This document shows, piece after piece, positions 12,801 to 24,300 of a stretch of DNA of 64,000 nucleotides (within the stretch, counting starts at the first letter, position 1; each line of letters begins with the position of its first letter). Source of the stretch: Auanema rhodensis (Eukaryota; Animalia; Nematoda). The notes beneath the pieces are model-generated. The model had not been told where the DNA came from, did not search any database, and saw only the letters and a program-made list of their open reading frames with translations. A program made the position numbers and the translations under genes. Where the stretch lies: positions 11,036,001 to 11,100,000 of the forward strand of contig OZ059897.1 of the NCBI GenBank assembly GCA_964057225.1, written 5' to 3'.

Positions 12801-15417
12801 GAACGAAGCATTTTTTGAGGGATGATTTGGTGACACCTACTAAGCGTTCCCAACAACCTCCTTTCCAAGGAGATAGCGGAGTGTTGTATATCCATTTAAT
12901 TTTTCTTTGAGCTAATGTGTTTAGTATGCTACTTTCATTGTAATCCGAGGTTTTTTCAAGGGTTTCTAATATTTTTGAGCTCAGAATAAAGTTTCCTGCG
13001 CAGTCACTGCGCATAATTTCTGGAGTACCTCTGCGTGAAATAAATCTATTAAATGCATTCATAAAGGCAACTGTGGATTGATTGGTGACTACCTCTAAGT
13101 GAACCGCTCTAGTTGTCATGCATGTAAACAGACAAATATGGACTTTAGACCCATTTCGAAGGGTGAAGGGGCCCATAAGATCACACCCTGTTGAAAAGAA
13201 TGCTCTTGTAAGAATTGCTCTGTCTTTTGGTAGCGATGGCATATCTGGTAATTCATAAGGATGTGATTGAAATCTTTTACATGTCACACAGTTTTTCAAT
13301 GTTTGCTTAATGACTCCGGTTATTTTTGGTATATAGAACTTTTGTCTGAGTTGAATAAGCGTGAAATTTTTGCCTTGATGATTATTATCTTTGTGTATTT
13401 TGTTGATCAGTTTTTTAACTATGGGGTTTGTTTTGAGAAGGAATATAGGGTTTTTTGTCTCTTCGGGAAGAAGAGTATTTTGTAAACGACTTCTTACGCG
13501 ATAAATGTCCCATGTATCTTTGAAGAATTTTAAATTTATATTTCTTTGCTGTAGCTCATCGAGGCTCATATTAGATTGGCTGTTACTGATCAAAATTTTT
13601 TCAATTATGTTGATGTCTTCAACAGTATTCGTGTCTGTTGATGTGAGATGTTTTATTTTTTGCAACTTGTTGGCGTTGTTAGGATGGACTTTAAGAAACC
13701 ATTTTTTGAATAATTTTCCTACGGTTGTCATTGTTTTGATCACATCATCATAGTTTTCACGAATGTTCCAAATATCATCGGTTGGAAGATTGTCTATAAT
13801 TATGTGGACCACATTGTGATGCTCCGATTCTGATTCTGCGTTATTCCTGTTAGAGTTCTTAGGCGAGCCGAATGATGTCAGAGGGTTATGAGCGGAAAGT
13901 TTAGTTAACCAATGTGGACCCTTTATCCAGTCGGAATCTTGTAGTTTCTCGATGTCTGCACCTCGGGATCCGATGTCTGCAGTATTGTACGAAGTTTGTA
14001 CATGATGTAATTCTACATTGCAACATACTTGTTTGATTTGGTGTAGCTGTTTATTTATAATGTTTGTTTGATTTTTAATGAACAGTGGGAGGGATTTTAG
14101 AGAAATAATCCATGATAGCGCGATGTTGCTATCGCTTACAATGTTGACTTTTGCCACTTTCGGGCATATGGTTACAATAGCTAATGCCATTCGTACTGCT
14201 AAGCGGATGGCTAATAATTCTAATCGAGGAATTGTGGTCTTATTTTTGGGTGCTATGCGGGATTTACCGTTGAGCAGAGAACTAATCTGCTCGTTTGTTT
14301 GGAAATATGAACATGCGGCCATGGCTTGGTTGCTTGCGTCAGCAAAGACCCATAACTGTGTTTTATGTTCAGAGAATTTAAAATATCTTTTCATGGTCAA
14401 TTGCTGATTGTTAATGTGATTAATATGTTGTTCCCATTGTTTGATATTATCTGATTCAATGGGTTGGTCCCATGATAATTTTGTGTTTATGATTTCTCGC
14501 AAGATAAGTTTGAGAGGTAACAGTAATGGTGCTGCTAATCCAATGGGATCAAATATTGAGTGTAGCTGACTGAGTAGAATTCTCTTGGTGTAACTTGTGT
14601 GAGTCGTTGTTATTTTTATTGGGATAATGAAGGAGTCGTGTTCTTTATTAAAAGATATGCCAAGTATTTTGGTTGTCATGTTCGGATATCTGTCTTCTTC
14701 AGGAAGGTTCTGTATTACTTGTTCGTCGTTTGACAAGAATTCGCGAACATGCATGTTTATTTCTGTAAATAGTTTTTGGGTTTCTTTACATTTCTTTATA
14801 GCTTCTGCTGTTGTATTTGCTGTAAGAATGATATTGTCAACGTATAAGTTGTTCAGTATTTCCATAGCTAATGGGTTGTCTACTTTTGATTCTAAGAACC
14901 ATTTTATGCCCATGTTCAATACGCTGGGGGATGCAGTGATACCGAACGGTAATCTGTTGAATCGAAGGGTTATGATATTGTTGTGAGATATTGGGTATTC
15001 TTTGTTTTTTATCCAAAAGAATTTGCATAGATTTTTGTGATTCTCTGTCAGTTGTATTTGTAAAAATGCGGCTTTGATATCGCATGTTATTAATATTGGT
15101 CTTGTTCTGCAGGAGATCATGATGTCGTGTATATATGTGATAAATGATCGTCCTGTGTGTATTATCTCATTCAACGACGGGCTGTCTTTCTGTTTAGCGG
15201 AGGCGTCAAAAACGATTCTGAGAGGGTTAGCCTTGCTGGGCTTCCAAACCCCATGGTGGGGCATATAAAACTCTAAAGGCTCCTGGTGATTGTTGGGAAT
15301 TTGTTCGACAATGTTATCTTTGAGGTAACTTTCAATGGTTGTAGTATAGTGTGAGAGCATTTCTGGATTGTGCAGTAACTTTCGCCATAGGGATACGAAT
15401 CTATGGTACGCGGGCAT
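9814..15417 (-). CDS. pol: BEL Pol-Env part of the polyprotein: RT, RNase H, integrase, phlebovirus Gc-like class II fusion protein
   Basis: LRIVFDAS, YVDN (RT); VFADAS (RNase H); H...HQG...CVTC, CDLMGP, RSDC, GGCWERLV (IN). Cys-rich Gc at about 9814-11304 (RCRHRGSC...C, CLFYK, GCYSCGQGA) with C-terminal TM. Originally in frame with gag. Confidence 0.93.
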   Translation of the reverse strand: MPAYHRFVSLWRKLLHNPEMLSHYTTTIESYLKDNIVEQIPNNHQEPLEFYMPHHGVWKPSKANPLRIVFDASAKQKDSPSLNEIIHTGRSFITYIHDIMISCRTRPILITCDIKAAFLQIQLTENHKNLCKFFWIKNKEYPISHNNIITLRFNRLPFGITASPSVLNMGIKWFLESKVDNPLAMEILNNLYVDNIILTANTTAEAIKKCKETQKLFTEINMHVREFLSNDEQVIQNLPEEDRYPNMTTKILGISFNKEHDSFIIPIKITTTHTSYTKRILLSQLHSIFDPIGLAAPLLLPLKLILREIINTKLSWDQPIESDNIKQWEQHINHINNQQLTMKRYFKFSEHKTQLWVFADASNQAMAACSYFQTNEQISSLLNGKSRIAPKNKTTIPRLELLAIRLAVRMALAIVTICPKVAKVNIVSDSNIALSWIISLKSLPLFIKNQTNIINKQLHQIKQVCCNVELHHVQTSYNTADIGSRGADIEKLQDSDWIKGPHWLTKLSAHNPLTSFGSPKNSNRNNAESESEHHNVVHIIIDNLPTDDIWNIRENYDDVIKTMTTVGKLFKKWFLKVHPNNANKLQKIKHLTSTDTNTVEDINIIEKILISNSQSNMSLDELQQRNINLKFFKDTWDIYRVRSRLQNTLLPEETKNPIFLLKTNPIVKKLINKIHKDNNHQGKNFTLIQLRQKFYIPKITGVIKQTLKNCVTCKRFQSHPYELPDMPSLPKDRAILTRAFFSTGCDLMGPFTLRNGSKVHICLFTCMTTRAVHLEVVTNQSTVAFMNAFNRFISRRGTPEIMRSDCAGNFILSSKILETLEKTSDYNESSILNTLAQRKIKWIYNTPLSPWKGGCWERLVGVTKSSLKKCFVPSQMSLDDLHTAIVKIEAIINTRPLTHPHPDNLDALPIRPIDFLTSAIKFSLPENNDNTHIFDIHSDIQTIQSTEQALEALQLSEDSASKFWTRFQEEYLTSLKDIFKHKNKRKNHTNLFPHKDEIVIIQNDMSPRGTWKLGRIIETITSSDGNIRSAKVATSNGNIITRSINQLYPLEIRCNTSNNKIIEDNSHIVQENNSSTDRIAHTDTVLDNIHSDHHIEHTDETIHENNNINDSNHNYDIAYESDNSQHDNTYTPETENNEDATNDRPQNKAKLSSVKTAKYTEQDEVTEKENIKAFPLKMSYATHQRKNKINPKIAADIMKALSLPIIITSTYAEEINSCKDSNMFTTKLIANPHCSPEMATWTVIITIMAVTLIVSCLCRMGYSQYRYKTWSKNTQTMLNIMKLKHKTISEQEDHETDQKITEDHNDTLQLKQTNTQDANIVDHETFQKHIYPILNHTRKPPKFSLFTRGSQTSLPSLLAIILALCIGSCSSCSDVHVQHFVNIRCDDNLACYHEYSQDIIFSPGTKQLCITITHSNHEIGQFKITKLYTEHVCQKNTRYFTRQTTVNILSILRCRHRGSCDGTCETNSLHNKIEELQPYMFPSQSGCFTSSARFYTCPMIWTDPCLFYKIEHIPVTEEVYEVYTCDSWSTQTVFNIETTLLQQKNNYNITLQPYTKNREQLFNITTLSQSQPPPEMYTKLFFSSKENTYITDIHTKGIIQCATEEAALKHFNNCTVSSFCPCTFNRFDEIKCRCDTPTFEKMSNTSDIKSPNQNFKTKDNTLSFSTNLDENLVTVDSSLFLNSVIFSNNLPCAPALTKLSGCYSCGQGAFAEFQCLTAEETWISIECQKEVFMIKCSPKVAITKVTMKRENSQIDELCYTTCDNKKIKIIIKGILQHIASIDEINESDSSKGTESKSIDFAPIFKLILSKLGIILIGVAITATIGYVACTPIMYCVVLNTVLTTQWIATRIFTLWIKSKALFRDQRF

Positions 15418-15488
15418 TTTGTTGTTTTTAAGATTTTTGAAGTTATTTTTTAACGGGAACGGTGCAATAATACGGTTGTTCTCAATTT

Positions 15489-17735
15489 TTATATCTTTTG
15501 AGTATTCTTCATAGTAATCAATAGTGCGGCATTTTCTGTATTGATGCCGATAGAATCCAGTTCAAACAGATTAGTGAGGAGTTCTTTATGAGAGGTTTCT
15601 TTTGTTATTTCTTCTACTGTAGAGCATAATATTACTTCTTGTTGTGTATTATCATGGGGAAGAGGAGCTTCTCCATGTATCATGTGGCCGAATACCGAAT
15701 TTTTCAATCTCATACGTGAGGGGAGTTCGGTTTCTTCGTTTAAATGCATGAACAGTTTGTATCTATCCATACCTATCAGTATATCCGGAGTAAATGATTC
15801 TCCGTTTGTTTGTGGATTGGCTAATTTTATTTTTCTTGTCTTTATAAATTTCAAGTCTTCTTTAGATAGTTTTGGACAACGTATGGGTGTGGTTAACATG
15901 GGTTTGGTGAATAGTTTTGTTACGATAAGGGATCCACTTGAGGTTCCAATAATTACCTTTACGTCCTGAACTTCGTGCGTTTCGGACAATGCTCCGATAC
16001 CGTAAAAGGTTTTCTTTTGAGAACCAAGGATGGGCAATCCTAACTTAGTGGATAAGTCCTTGGATATAAAAGATCTCATGGATCCTTCATCTATGAGCAT
16101 GCGTACTTGCTCATATTTTTTACTATTGTGGTTGTATATGTTCGCCATTGCTGTTCGTAATATTACTTGACTTTCTTCAATATTATGGGTGTCGGCAATG
16201 TGATTAAGCGATACTGGTGCATTAAGTGCCGCAGTAGGGATTCGATTATTAGTGTCAGATTCTTGTTTATATTCTGTTGTTTTTTTATTCAATAATTCAT
16301 CTGTGGTGATCAGTAAAGCCTGATCTTTTTTAATTGTGGGAGTTTCTTTATCTTTTTGGATATTTTGTACACTTTTTCTTCCTTGTGAGCACAAGGCGGA
16401 ATTATGATCTCCTTGGCAATTGCGACATTTTTGTTTTCTGCATTCCGAACTTTTGTGTTTATCGGAAAAGCAAATCCAACAGATGGCCTTTCCGCGAATG
16501 CGGTACCTTCTTTTCTCTGGTGTTTCAAATGTGGTGCATTGATAAAAACGATGCTCGGATGAGTCGCAAAAGACACATGGCCAAGTTTGGGTTTTCCGTT
16601 GTTCTGCAGTGCTGTCTTTATGTGAAACAGATGTGACATTGTCTTTGTGATTTCGAAACTTTTGTTCATGACTATTTCTTGTTTGTTCTTTTAGAATAAA
16701 CGAATAGATTTTATGGTCTACAGCTGCCAGCATTTCTTTAGTAGAATGGTAGTTGTTTGGATGAATTAGAATGTCTTCCACGATGTGGTATGGGAATTTG
16801 TTGAGAATCATCGCGGTACACATTTCGCGGGATACTGTAGCTCCGGCTGCTTCAATTTGCCTGATAAGTGCCTTGGTTTCTCCAAATGTTTCTTTGCATG
16901 CTTTTGCATTATTGCTTGCAAATCTCAAATTACGTAGTTGTGTTAAAAGAGAGTTGATATCCGACGAATAGTCTCCAAATTCAGAAACTAATGCTTCACG
17001 CATGAGCTCATAATTTTGAGCAGAGGGTTCTATTCCTCTGATTGCTATTTGTGAATTGCCTTTGAGGCTTTCACAGAGTAGGTTTACCTTTTCTAAGGTT
17101 GTAAATTGTTCATTATCATGAACAAGTCTATCAAAACGGCCCCAGAATGATTTGAAGTTCTCTGGTTTGCCATCAAATGTAGGTAGCGACATCGCTGGTT
17201 TTTGGATGCTAGTTTGTTGGATGTGTAGGAATGACTTGATAATTTCCAGAAATTGATCATTCGATTTGTTTTCTGTTTCATTGTTTTCTGTTGAGCAATT
17301 GCTGTTGTGCTCAGATTCATTCTTATGAAGCGTTTTTCTCAGCTTTCTAAGTATGCGTTCGGCTTTCATGATGTGTTCGTCAAGCTCAATAATGGCGTTT
17401 TGAACCTTTTTAATGTTGGGTTCAAAGTCTTCATCGGATGTGAAGGCGATGTACTGTTCGTCTAATGCTTTACGAAGCGTTTTGTCTGATGCTTCGTAAA
17501 ATTTTTGGAATTTTTTCTCGTTATCTTGATGATTTTTCAACGATTCTTTGAATTGGTGTTGGACTTTTGTCCAGCGAATGATAAGGCAAGAGAGGGTTTC
17601 CTCTTCTTCCTCAGTGTGGAAGTCGCAATCTACCAGAATACCAGGAAGGTCCTTCACTTCCATCTCGTATCGTGTAAGCAGTTCTCCAAGAAACTGGTTA
17701 GATTGTTTGATATGATTGACAAAAAGGAGTGACAT
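15489..17735 (-). CDS. gag: BEL Gag + aspartic protease (ends at a 10-bp-deletion frameshift)
   Basis: LPTFDG..NF..FW..F capsid motif, three Cys/His knuckles (CVFC, CWIC, CRNC), LIDEGSMRSFI and PDILIGMD protease motifs. Confidence 0.92.
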   Translation of the reverse strand: MSLLFVNHIKQSNQFLGELLTRYEMEVKDLPGILVDCDFHTEEEEETLSCLIIRWTKVQHQFKESLKNHQDNEKKFQKFYEASDKTLRKALDEQYIAFTSDEDFEPNIKKVQNAIIELDEHIMKAERILRKLRKTLHKNESEHNSNCSTENNETENKSNDQFLEIIKSFLHIQQTSIQKPAMSLPTFDGKPENFKSFWGRFDRLVHDNEQFTTLEKVNLLCESLKGNSQIAIRGIEPSAQNYELMREALVSEFGDYSSDINSLLTQLRNLRFASNNAKACKETFGETKALIRQIEAAGATVSREMCTAMILNKFPYHIVEDILIHPNNYHSTKEMLAAVDHKIYSFILKEQTRNSHEQKFRNHKDNVTSVSHKDSTAEQRKTQTWPCVFCDSSEHRFYQCTTFETPEKRRYRIRGKAICWICFSDKHKSSECRKQKCRNCQGDHNSALCSQGRKSVQNIQKDKETPTIKKDQALLITTDELLNKKTTEYKQESDTNNRIPTAALNAPVSLNHIADTHNIEESQVILRTAMANIYNHNSKKYEQVRMLIDEGSMRSFISKDLSTKLGLPILGSQKKTFYGIGALSETHEVQDVKVIIGTSSGSLIVTKLFTKPMLTTPIRCPKLSKEDLKFIKTRKIKLANPQTNGESFTPDILIGMDRYKLFMHLNEETELPSRMRLKNSVFGHMIHGEAPLPHDNTQQEVILCSTVEEITKETSHKELLTNLFELDSIGINTENAALLITMKNTQKI

Positions 17736-18007
17736 TTTTGTTGTAGATGTAGGAATAATGCTTATATTCCTTTTTTGTTTTCTTTTTTCTTTGTTTGTTT
17801 GGTGATCACAGTATATGTGAACGTAAGGAAATTGAAACCTCTGTTTCTAATTTCAGAGTTTGCTTATTGTTCAAGTCTGTTTGGTGTGACTTGACGTGGA
17901 CTTATGATCGCCACGATTTTTATTAAGTATGTTTTTTGCTCAAACACGCTTGGTTCGAGTTGTATCTCACCTGCCACGCGGGACTTAAAGCGGCTAAGAT
18001 CTAAACT

Positions 18008-18020
18008 AGCCGATGCACCA
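18008..18020 (-). promoter_or_regulatory. Primer-binding site, tRNA-Gly(GCC) type
   Basis: TGGTGCATCGGCT 3 nt inside the 5' LTR; complementary to the ...CGATGCA-CCA 3' end of nematode tRNA-Gly(GCC) as recalled. Confidence 0.85.
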
Positions 18021-18023
18021 ATT

Positions 18024-18259
18024 TGTGGCGTTATACCACAAGTGTATAGTATGGTTGGAAGTAAAACACAAAGCGAATATGTAGAAAAGGGTTTATTGAT
18101 GAATTAACAAGACAAGCACGGAATAAAATCACTGACTGCGAACGTTGAAAATGTAAGACTGATCTCTTCTCGTCAGCCTGAAACAAAGAGTTAGTCATGC
18201 CACATGTATAACACAACATGTGGTATGGATAAAAATTACTTAGGAAGTTAGAAGAAAGA

Positions 18260-18291
<32 letters not shown>

Positions 18292-18361
18292 AGAACAGGA
18301 GAGACAAATAAAACAATTGTTGAAGATAAAATTTATACAAACTCACTCGCTTATCGCGACA
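18024..18361 (-). repeat. 5' LTR of BEL copy 1 (338 bp)
   Basis: Matches 8633-8980 by eye except for a 10-bp deletion (GGGCGGTCGT). Confidence 0.96.
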
Positions 18362-21300
18362 AGAAATTGAAGAATCTTAGTTCAATTCAGTAACACTGAA
18401 CACACTAACTTTGTTAAGTTGTTGTAATATCGACCCAAGTAATATAGTGGTTAGTACTCCACGTTGTGGCCGTGGCGACACAGGTTCGATTCCTGTCTTG
18501 GGCATTTTTTGTTTTGAAATTAAAATGCTATAAACATATTGCTAGCTTGTCATGTTAGATTTCTCTAATTTGAATACTTATTCAAGTTCTAACAATTTTT
18601 GATTTAATCACGTTTAATTAATAGTATTGTTTTCAAAAATAAAGACATCTTTCAATTTCTGGCCTTTGAATTAGAATTTTCATGTTGTCACACAGAAATT
18701 GAAGAATCTTAGTTCATTTCAGTAACAATGAACACACTAACTTTGTTAAGTTGTTGTAATATCGGCCCAAGTAGTATAGTGGTTAGTACTCCACGTTGTG
18801 GCCGTGGCGACACAGGTTCGATTCCTGTCTTGGGCATTTTTTGTTTTGAAATTAAAATGCTATAAAATTATTGCTTGCTTGTCTTGTTAGATTTCTTTAA
18901 TTTGAATACTTATTCAAGTTATAACAATTTTCGATTTAATCACGTTCAATCAACTGTATTGTTTTCAAAAATAAAGACAAAATTCAATTTCTGTTCATTG
19001 AATTAGAATTTTCATGTTGTCACAAAGAAATTGAAGAATCTTAGTTCAATTCAGTAACAATGAACACACTAACTTTGTTAAGTTGTTGTAATATCGGCCC
19101 AAGTAGTATAGTGGTTAGTACTCCACGTTGTGGCCGTGGCGACACAGATTCGATTCCTGTCTTGGGCATTTTTTGTTTTGAAATTAAAATGCTACAAAAT
19201 TATTGCTTGCTTGTCATGTTAGATTTCTTTAATTTGAATACTTATTCAAGTTATAACAATTTTTGATTTAATCACGTTCAATCAACTGTATTGTTTTCAA
19301 AAATAAAGACAAAATTCAATTTCTGTTCGTTGAATTAGAATTTTCATGTTGTCACACAGAAATTGAAGAATCTTAGTTCATTTCAGTAAAAATGAACACA
19401 CTAACTTTGTTAAGTTGTTGTAATATCGGCCCAAGTAGTATAGTGGTTAGTACTCCACGTTGTGGCCGTGGCGACACAGGTTCGATTCCTGTCTTGGGCA
19501 TTTTTTGTTTTGAAATTAAAATGCTATAAAATTATTGCTTGCTTGTCTTGTTAGATTTCTTTAATTTGAATACTTATTCAAGTTATAACAATTTTCAATT
19601 TAATCACGTTCAATCAACTGTATTGTTTTCAAAAATAAAGACAAAATTCAATTTCTGTTCATTGAATTAGAATTTTCATGTTGTCACACAGAAATTGAAG
19701 AATCTTAGTTCAATTCAGTAACAATGAACACACTAACTTTGTTAAGTTGTTGTAATATCGGCCCAAGTAATATAGTGGTTAGTACTCCACGTTGTGGCCG
19801 TGGCGACACAGGTTCGATTCCTGTCTTGGGCATTTTTTGTTTTGAAATTAAAATGCTACAAAATTATTGCTTGCTTGTCATGTTAGATTTCTTTAATTCA
19901 AATACTTATTTAAGTTCTAACAATTTTTGATTTAATCACGTTCAATTAACTGTATTGTTTTCAAAAATAAAGACAAAATTCAATTTCTGGTCATTGAATT
20001 AGAATTTTCATGTTGTCACACAGAAATTGAAGATTCTTAGTTCAATTCAGTAACAATGAACACACTAACTTTTTTAAGTTGTTGTGATATCGGCCCAAGT
20101 AATATAGTGGTTAGTACTCCACGTTGTGGCCGTGGCGACACAGATTCGATTCCTTTGTTGGGCATTTTTTGTTTTGAAATTAAAATGCTACAAAATTATT
20201 GCTTGCTTGTCATGTTAGATTTCTTTAATTTGAATACTTATTCAAGTTATAACAATTTTTGATTTAATCACGTTCAATCAACTGTATTGTTTTCAAAAAT
20301 AAAGACAAAATTCAATTTCTGTTCATTGAATTAGAATTTTCATGTTGTCACACAGAAATTGAAGAATCTTAGTTCAATTCAGTAACAATGAACACACTAA
20401 CTTTGTTAAGTTGTTGTAATATCGGCCCAAGTAATATACTGGTTAGTACTCCACGTTGTGGCCGTGGCGACACAGATTCGATTCCTGTCTTGGGCATTTT
20501 TTGTTTTGAAATTAATGTGCTACAAAATTATTGCTTGCTTGTCATGTTAGATTTCTATAATTTGAATACTTTTTCAAGTTATAACAATTTTTGATTTAAT
20601 CACGTTCAATTAACTGTATTGTTTTCAGAAATAAAGACATCTTTCAATTTCTGGTCATTGAATTAGAATTTTCATGTTGTCACACAGAAATTGAAGATTC
20701 TTAGTTCAATTCAGTAACAATGAACACACTAACTTTGTTAAGTTGTTGTGATATCGGCCCAAGTAATATAGTGGTTAGTACTCCACGTTGTGGCCGTGGC
20801 GACACAGATTCGATTCCTGTCTTGGGCATTTTTTGTTTTGAAATTAAAATGCTACAAAATTATTGCTTGCTTGTCATGTTAGATTTCTTTAATTTGAATA
20901 CTTATTCAAGTTATAACAATTTTTGATTTAATCACGTTCAATCAACTGTATTGTTTTCAAAAATAAAGACAAAATTCAATTTCTGTTCATTGAATTAGAA
21001 TTTTCATGTTGTCACACAGAAATTGAAGAATCTTAGTTCAATTCAGTAACAATGAACACACTAACTTTGTTAAGTTGTTGTAATATCGGCCCAAGTAATA
21101 TAGTGGTTAGTACTCCACGTTGTGGCCGTGGCGACACAGATTCGATTCCTGTCTTGGGCATTTTTTGTTTTGAAATTAATGTGCTACAAAATTATTGCTT
21201 GCTTGTCATGTTAGATTTCTATAATTTGAATACTTTTTCAAGTTATAACAATTTTTGATTTAATCACGTTCAATTAACTGTATTGTTTTCAGAAATAAAG

Positions 21301-24300
21301 ACATCTTTCAATTTCTGGTCATTGAATTAGAATTTTCATGTTGTCACACAGAAATTGAAGATTCTTAGTTCAATTCAGTAACAATGAACACACTAACTTT
21401 GTTAAGTTGTTGTGATATCGGCCCAAGTAATATAGTGGTTAGTACTCCACGTTGTGGCCGTGGCGACACAGATTCGATTCCTGTCTTGGGCATTTTTTGT
21501 TTTGAAATTAAAATGCTACAAAATTATTGCTTGCTTGTCATGTTAGATTTCTTTAATTTGAATACTTATTCAAGTTATAACAATTTTTGATTTAATCACG
21601 TTCAATCAACTGTATTGTTTTCAAAAATAAAGACAAAATTCAATTTCTGTTCATTGAATTAGAATTTTCATGTTGTCACACAGAAATTGAAGAATCTTAG
21701 TTCAATTCAGTAACAATGAACACACTAACTTTGTTAAGTTGTTGTAATATCGGCCCAAGTAATATAGTGGTTAGTACTCCACGTTGTGGCCGTGGCGACA
21801 CAGATTCGATTCCTTTGTTGGGCATTTTTCGTTTTGAAATTAAAATGCTACAAAATTATTGCTTGCTTGTCATGTTAGATTTCTTTAATTTGAATACTTA
21901 TTCAAGTTATAACAATTTTCGATTTAATCACGTTCAATTAATAGTATTGTTTTCAAAAATAAAGACATCTTTCAATTTCTGGCCTTTGAATTAGAATTTT
22001 CATGTTGTCACACAGAAATTGAAGAATCTTAGTTCAATTCAGTAACAATGAACACACTAACTTTGTTAAGTTGTTGTGATATCGGCCCAAGTAATATAGT
22101 GGTTAGTACTCCACGTTGTGGCCGTGGCGACACAGATTCGATTCCTGTCTTGGGCATTTTTTGTTTTGAAATTAAAATGCTACAAAATTATTGCTTGCTT
22201 GTCATGTTAGATTTCTTTAATTTGAATACTTATTCAAGTTATAACAATTTTTGATTTAATCACGTTCAATCAACTGTATTGTTTTCAAAAATAAAGACAA
22301 AATTCAATTTCTGTTCATTGAATTAGAATTTTCATGTTGTCACACAGAAATTGAAGAATCTTAGTTCAATTCAGTAACAATGAACACACTAACTTTGTTA
22401 AGTTGTTGTAATATCGGCCCAAGTAATATAGTGGTTAGTACTCCACGTTGTGGCCGTGGCGACACAGATTCGATTCCTTTGTTGGGCATTTTTCGTTTTG
22501 AAATTAAAATGCTACAAAATTATTGCTTGCTTGTCATGTTAGATTTCTTTAATTTGAATACTTATTCAAGTTATAACAATTTTCGATTTAATCACGTTCA
22601 ATTAATAGTATTGTTTTCAAAAATAAAGACATCTTTCAATTTCTGGCCTTTGAATTAGAATTTTCATGTTGTCACACAGAAATTGAAGAATCTTAGTTCA
22701 TTTCAGTAACAATGAACAGAATAACTTTGTTTAGTTGTTGTAATATCGGCCCAAGTAGTATAGTGGTTAGTACTCCACGTTGTGGCCGTGGCGACACAGA
22801 TTCGATTCCTTTGTTGGGCATTTTTTGTTTTGAAATTAAAATGCTACAAAATTATTGCTTGCTTGTCATGTTAGATTTCTTTAATTTGAATACTTATTCA
22901 AGTTATAACAATTTTTGATTTAATCACGTTCAATCAACTGTATTGTTTTCAAAAATAAAGACAAAATTCAATTTCTGTTCATTGAATTAGAATTTTCATG
23001 TTGTCACACAGAAATTGAAGAATCTTAGTTCAATTCAGTAACAATGAACACACTAACTTTGTTAAGTTGTTGTAATATCGGCCCAAGTAATATAGTGGTT
23101 AGTACTCCACGTTGTGGCCGTGGCGACACAGATTCGATTCCTGTCTTGGGCATTTTTTGTTTTGAAATTAATGTGCTACAAAATTATTGCTTGCTTGTCA
23201 TGTTAGATTTCTATAATTTGAATACTTTTTCAAGTTATAACAATTTTTGATTTAATCACGTTCAATTAACTGTATTGTTTTCAGAAATAAAGACATCTTT
23301 CAATTTCTGGCCTTTGAATTAGAATTTTCATGTTGTCACACAGAAATTGAAGAATCTTAGTTCATTTCAGTAACAATGAACAGAATAACTTTGTTTAGTT
23401 GTTGTAATATCGGCCCAAGTAGTATAGTGGTTAGTACTCCACGTTGTGGCCGTGGCGACACAGATTCGATTCCTTTGTTGGGCATTTTTTGTTTTGAAAT
23501 TAAAATGCTACAAAATTATTGCTTGCTTGTCATGTTAGATTTCTTTAATTTGAATACTTATTCAAGTTATAACAATTTTTGATTTAATCACGTTCAATCA
23601 ACTGTATTGTTTTCAAAAATAAAGACAAAATTCAATTTCTGTTCATTGAATTAGAATTTTCATGTTGTCACACAGAAATTGAAGAATCTTAGTTCAATTC
23701 AGTAACAATGAACACACTAACTTTGTTAAGTTGTTGTAATATCGGCCCAAGTAATATAGTGGTTAGTACTCCACGTTGTGGCCGTGGCGACACAGATTCG
23801 ATTCCTGTCTTGGGCATTTTTTGTTTTGAAATTAATGTGCTACAAAATTATTGCTTGCTTGTCATGTTAGATTTCTATAATTTGAATACTTTTTCAAGTT
23901 ATAACAATTTTTGATTTAATCACGTTCAATTAACTGTATTGTTTTCAGAAATAAAGACATCTTTCAATTTCTGGTCATTGAATTAGAATTTTCATGTTGT
24001 CACACAGAAATTGAAGATTCTTAGTTCAATTCAGTAACAATGAACACACTAACTTTGTTAAGTTGTTGTGATATCGGCCCAAGTAATATAGTGGTTAGTA
24101 CTCCACGTTGTGGCCGTGGCGACACAGATTCGATTCCTGTCTTGGGCATTTTTTGTTTTGAAATTAAAATGCTACAAAATTATTGCTTGCTTGTCATGTT
24201 AGATTTCTTTAATTTGAATACTTATTCAAGTTATAACAATTTTTGATTTAATCACGTTCAATCAACTGTATTGTTTTCAAAAATAAAGACAAAATTCAAT

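Larger units (their letters stand above)
8633..18361 (-). mobile_element. Full-length BEL/Pao (Belpaoviridae) env-bearing LTR retrotransposon, copy 1
   Basis: TG...CA LTRs at 8633-8980 and 18024-18361; 5-bp TSD AGAAA at 8628-8632 and 18362-18366; PBS, PPT-like tract and gag-PR-RT-RH-IN-env order. Confidence 0.97.

Noticed and set aside
15417-15530. Programmed gag/pol ribosomal frameshift in BEL copy 1
   Set aside because: Copy 2 is continuous here; a 10-bp deletion explains the break.
16075-16100. Protease DEG instead of D(S/T)G as an inactivating change
   Set aside because: DEGS variants occur in BEL/Pao proteases as far as I recall, and the flanking motif is intact.
9860-17732. Antisense and alternate-frame ORFs within BEL and Gypsy coding regions
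   Set aside because: They are shadows of the main frames with no motifs; their recurrence in copy 2 reflects shared ancestry.
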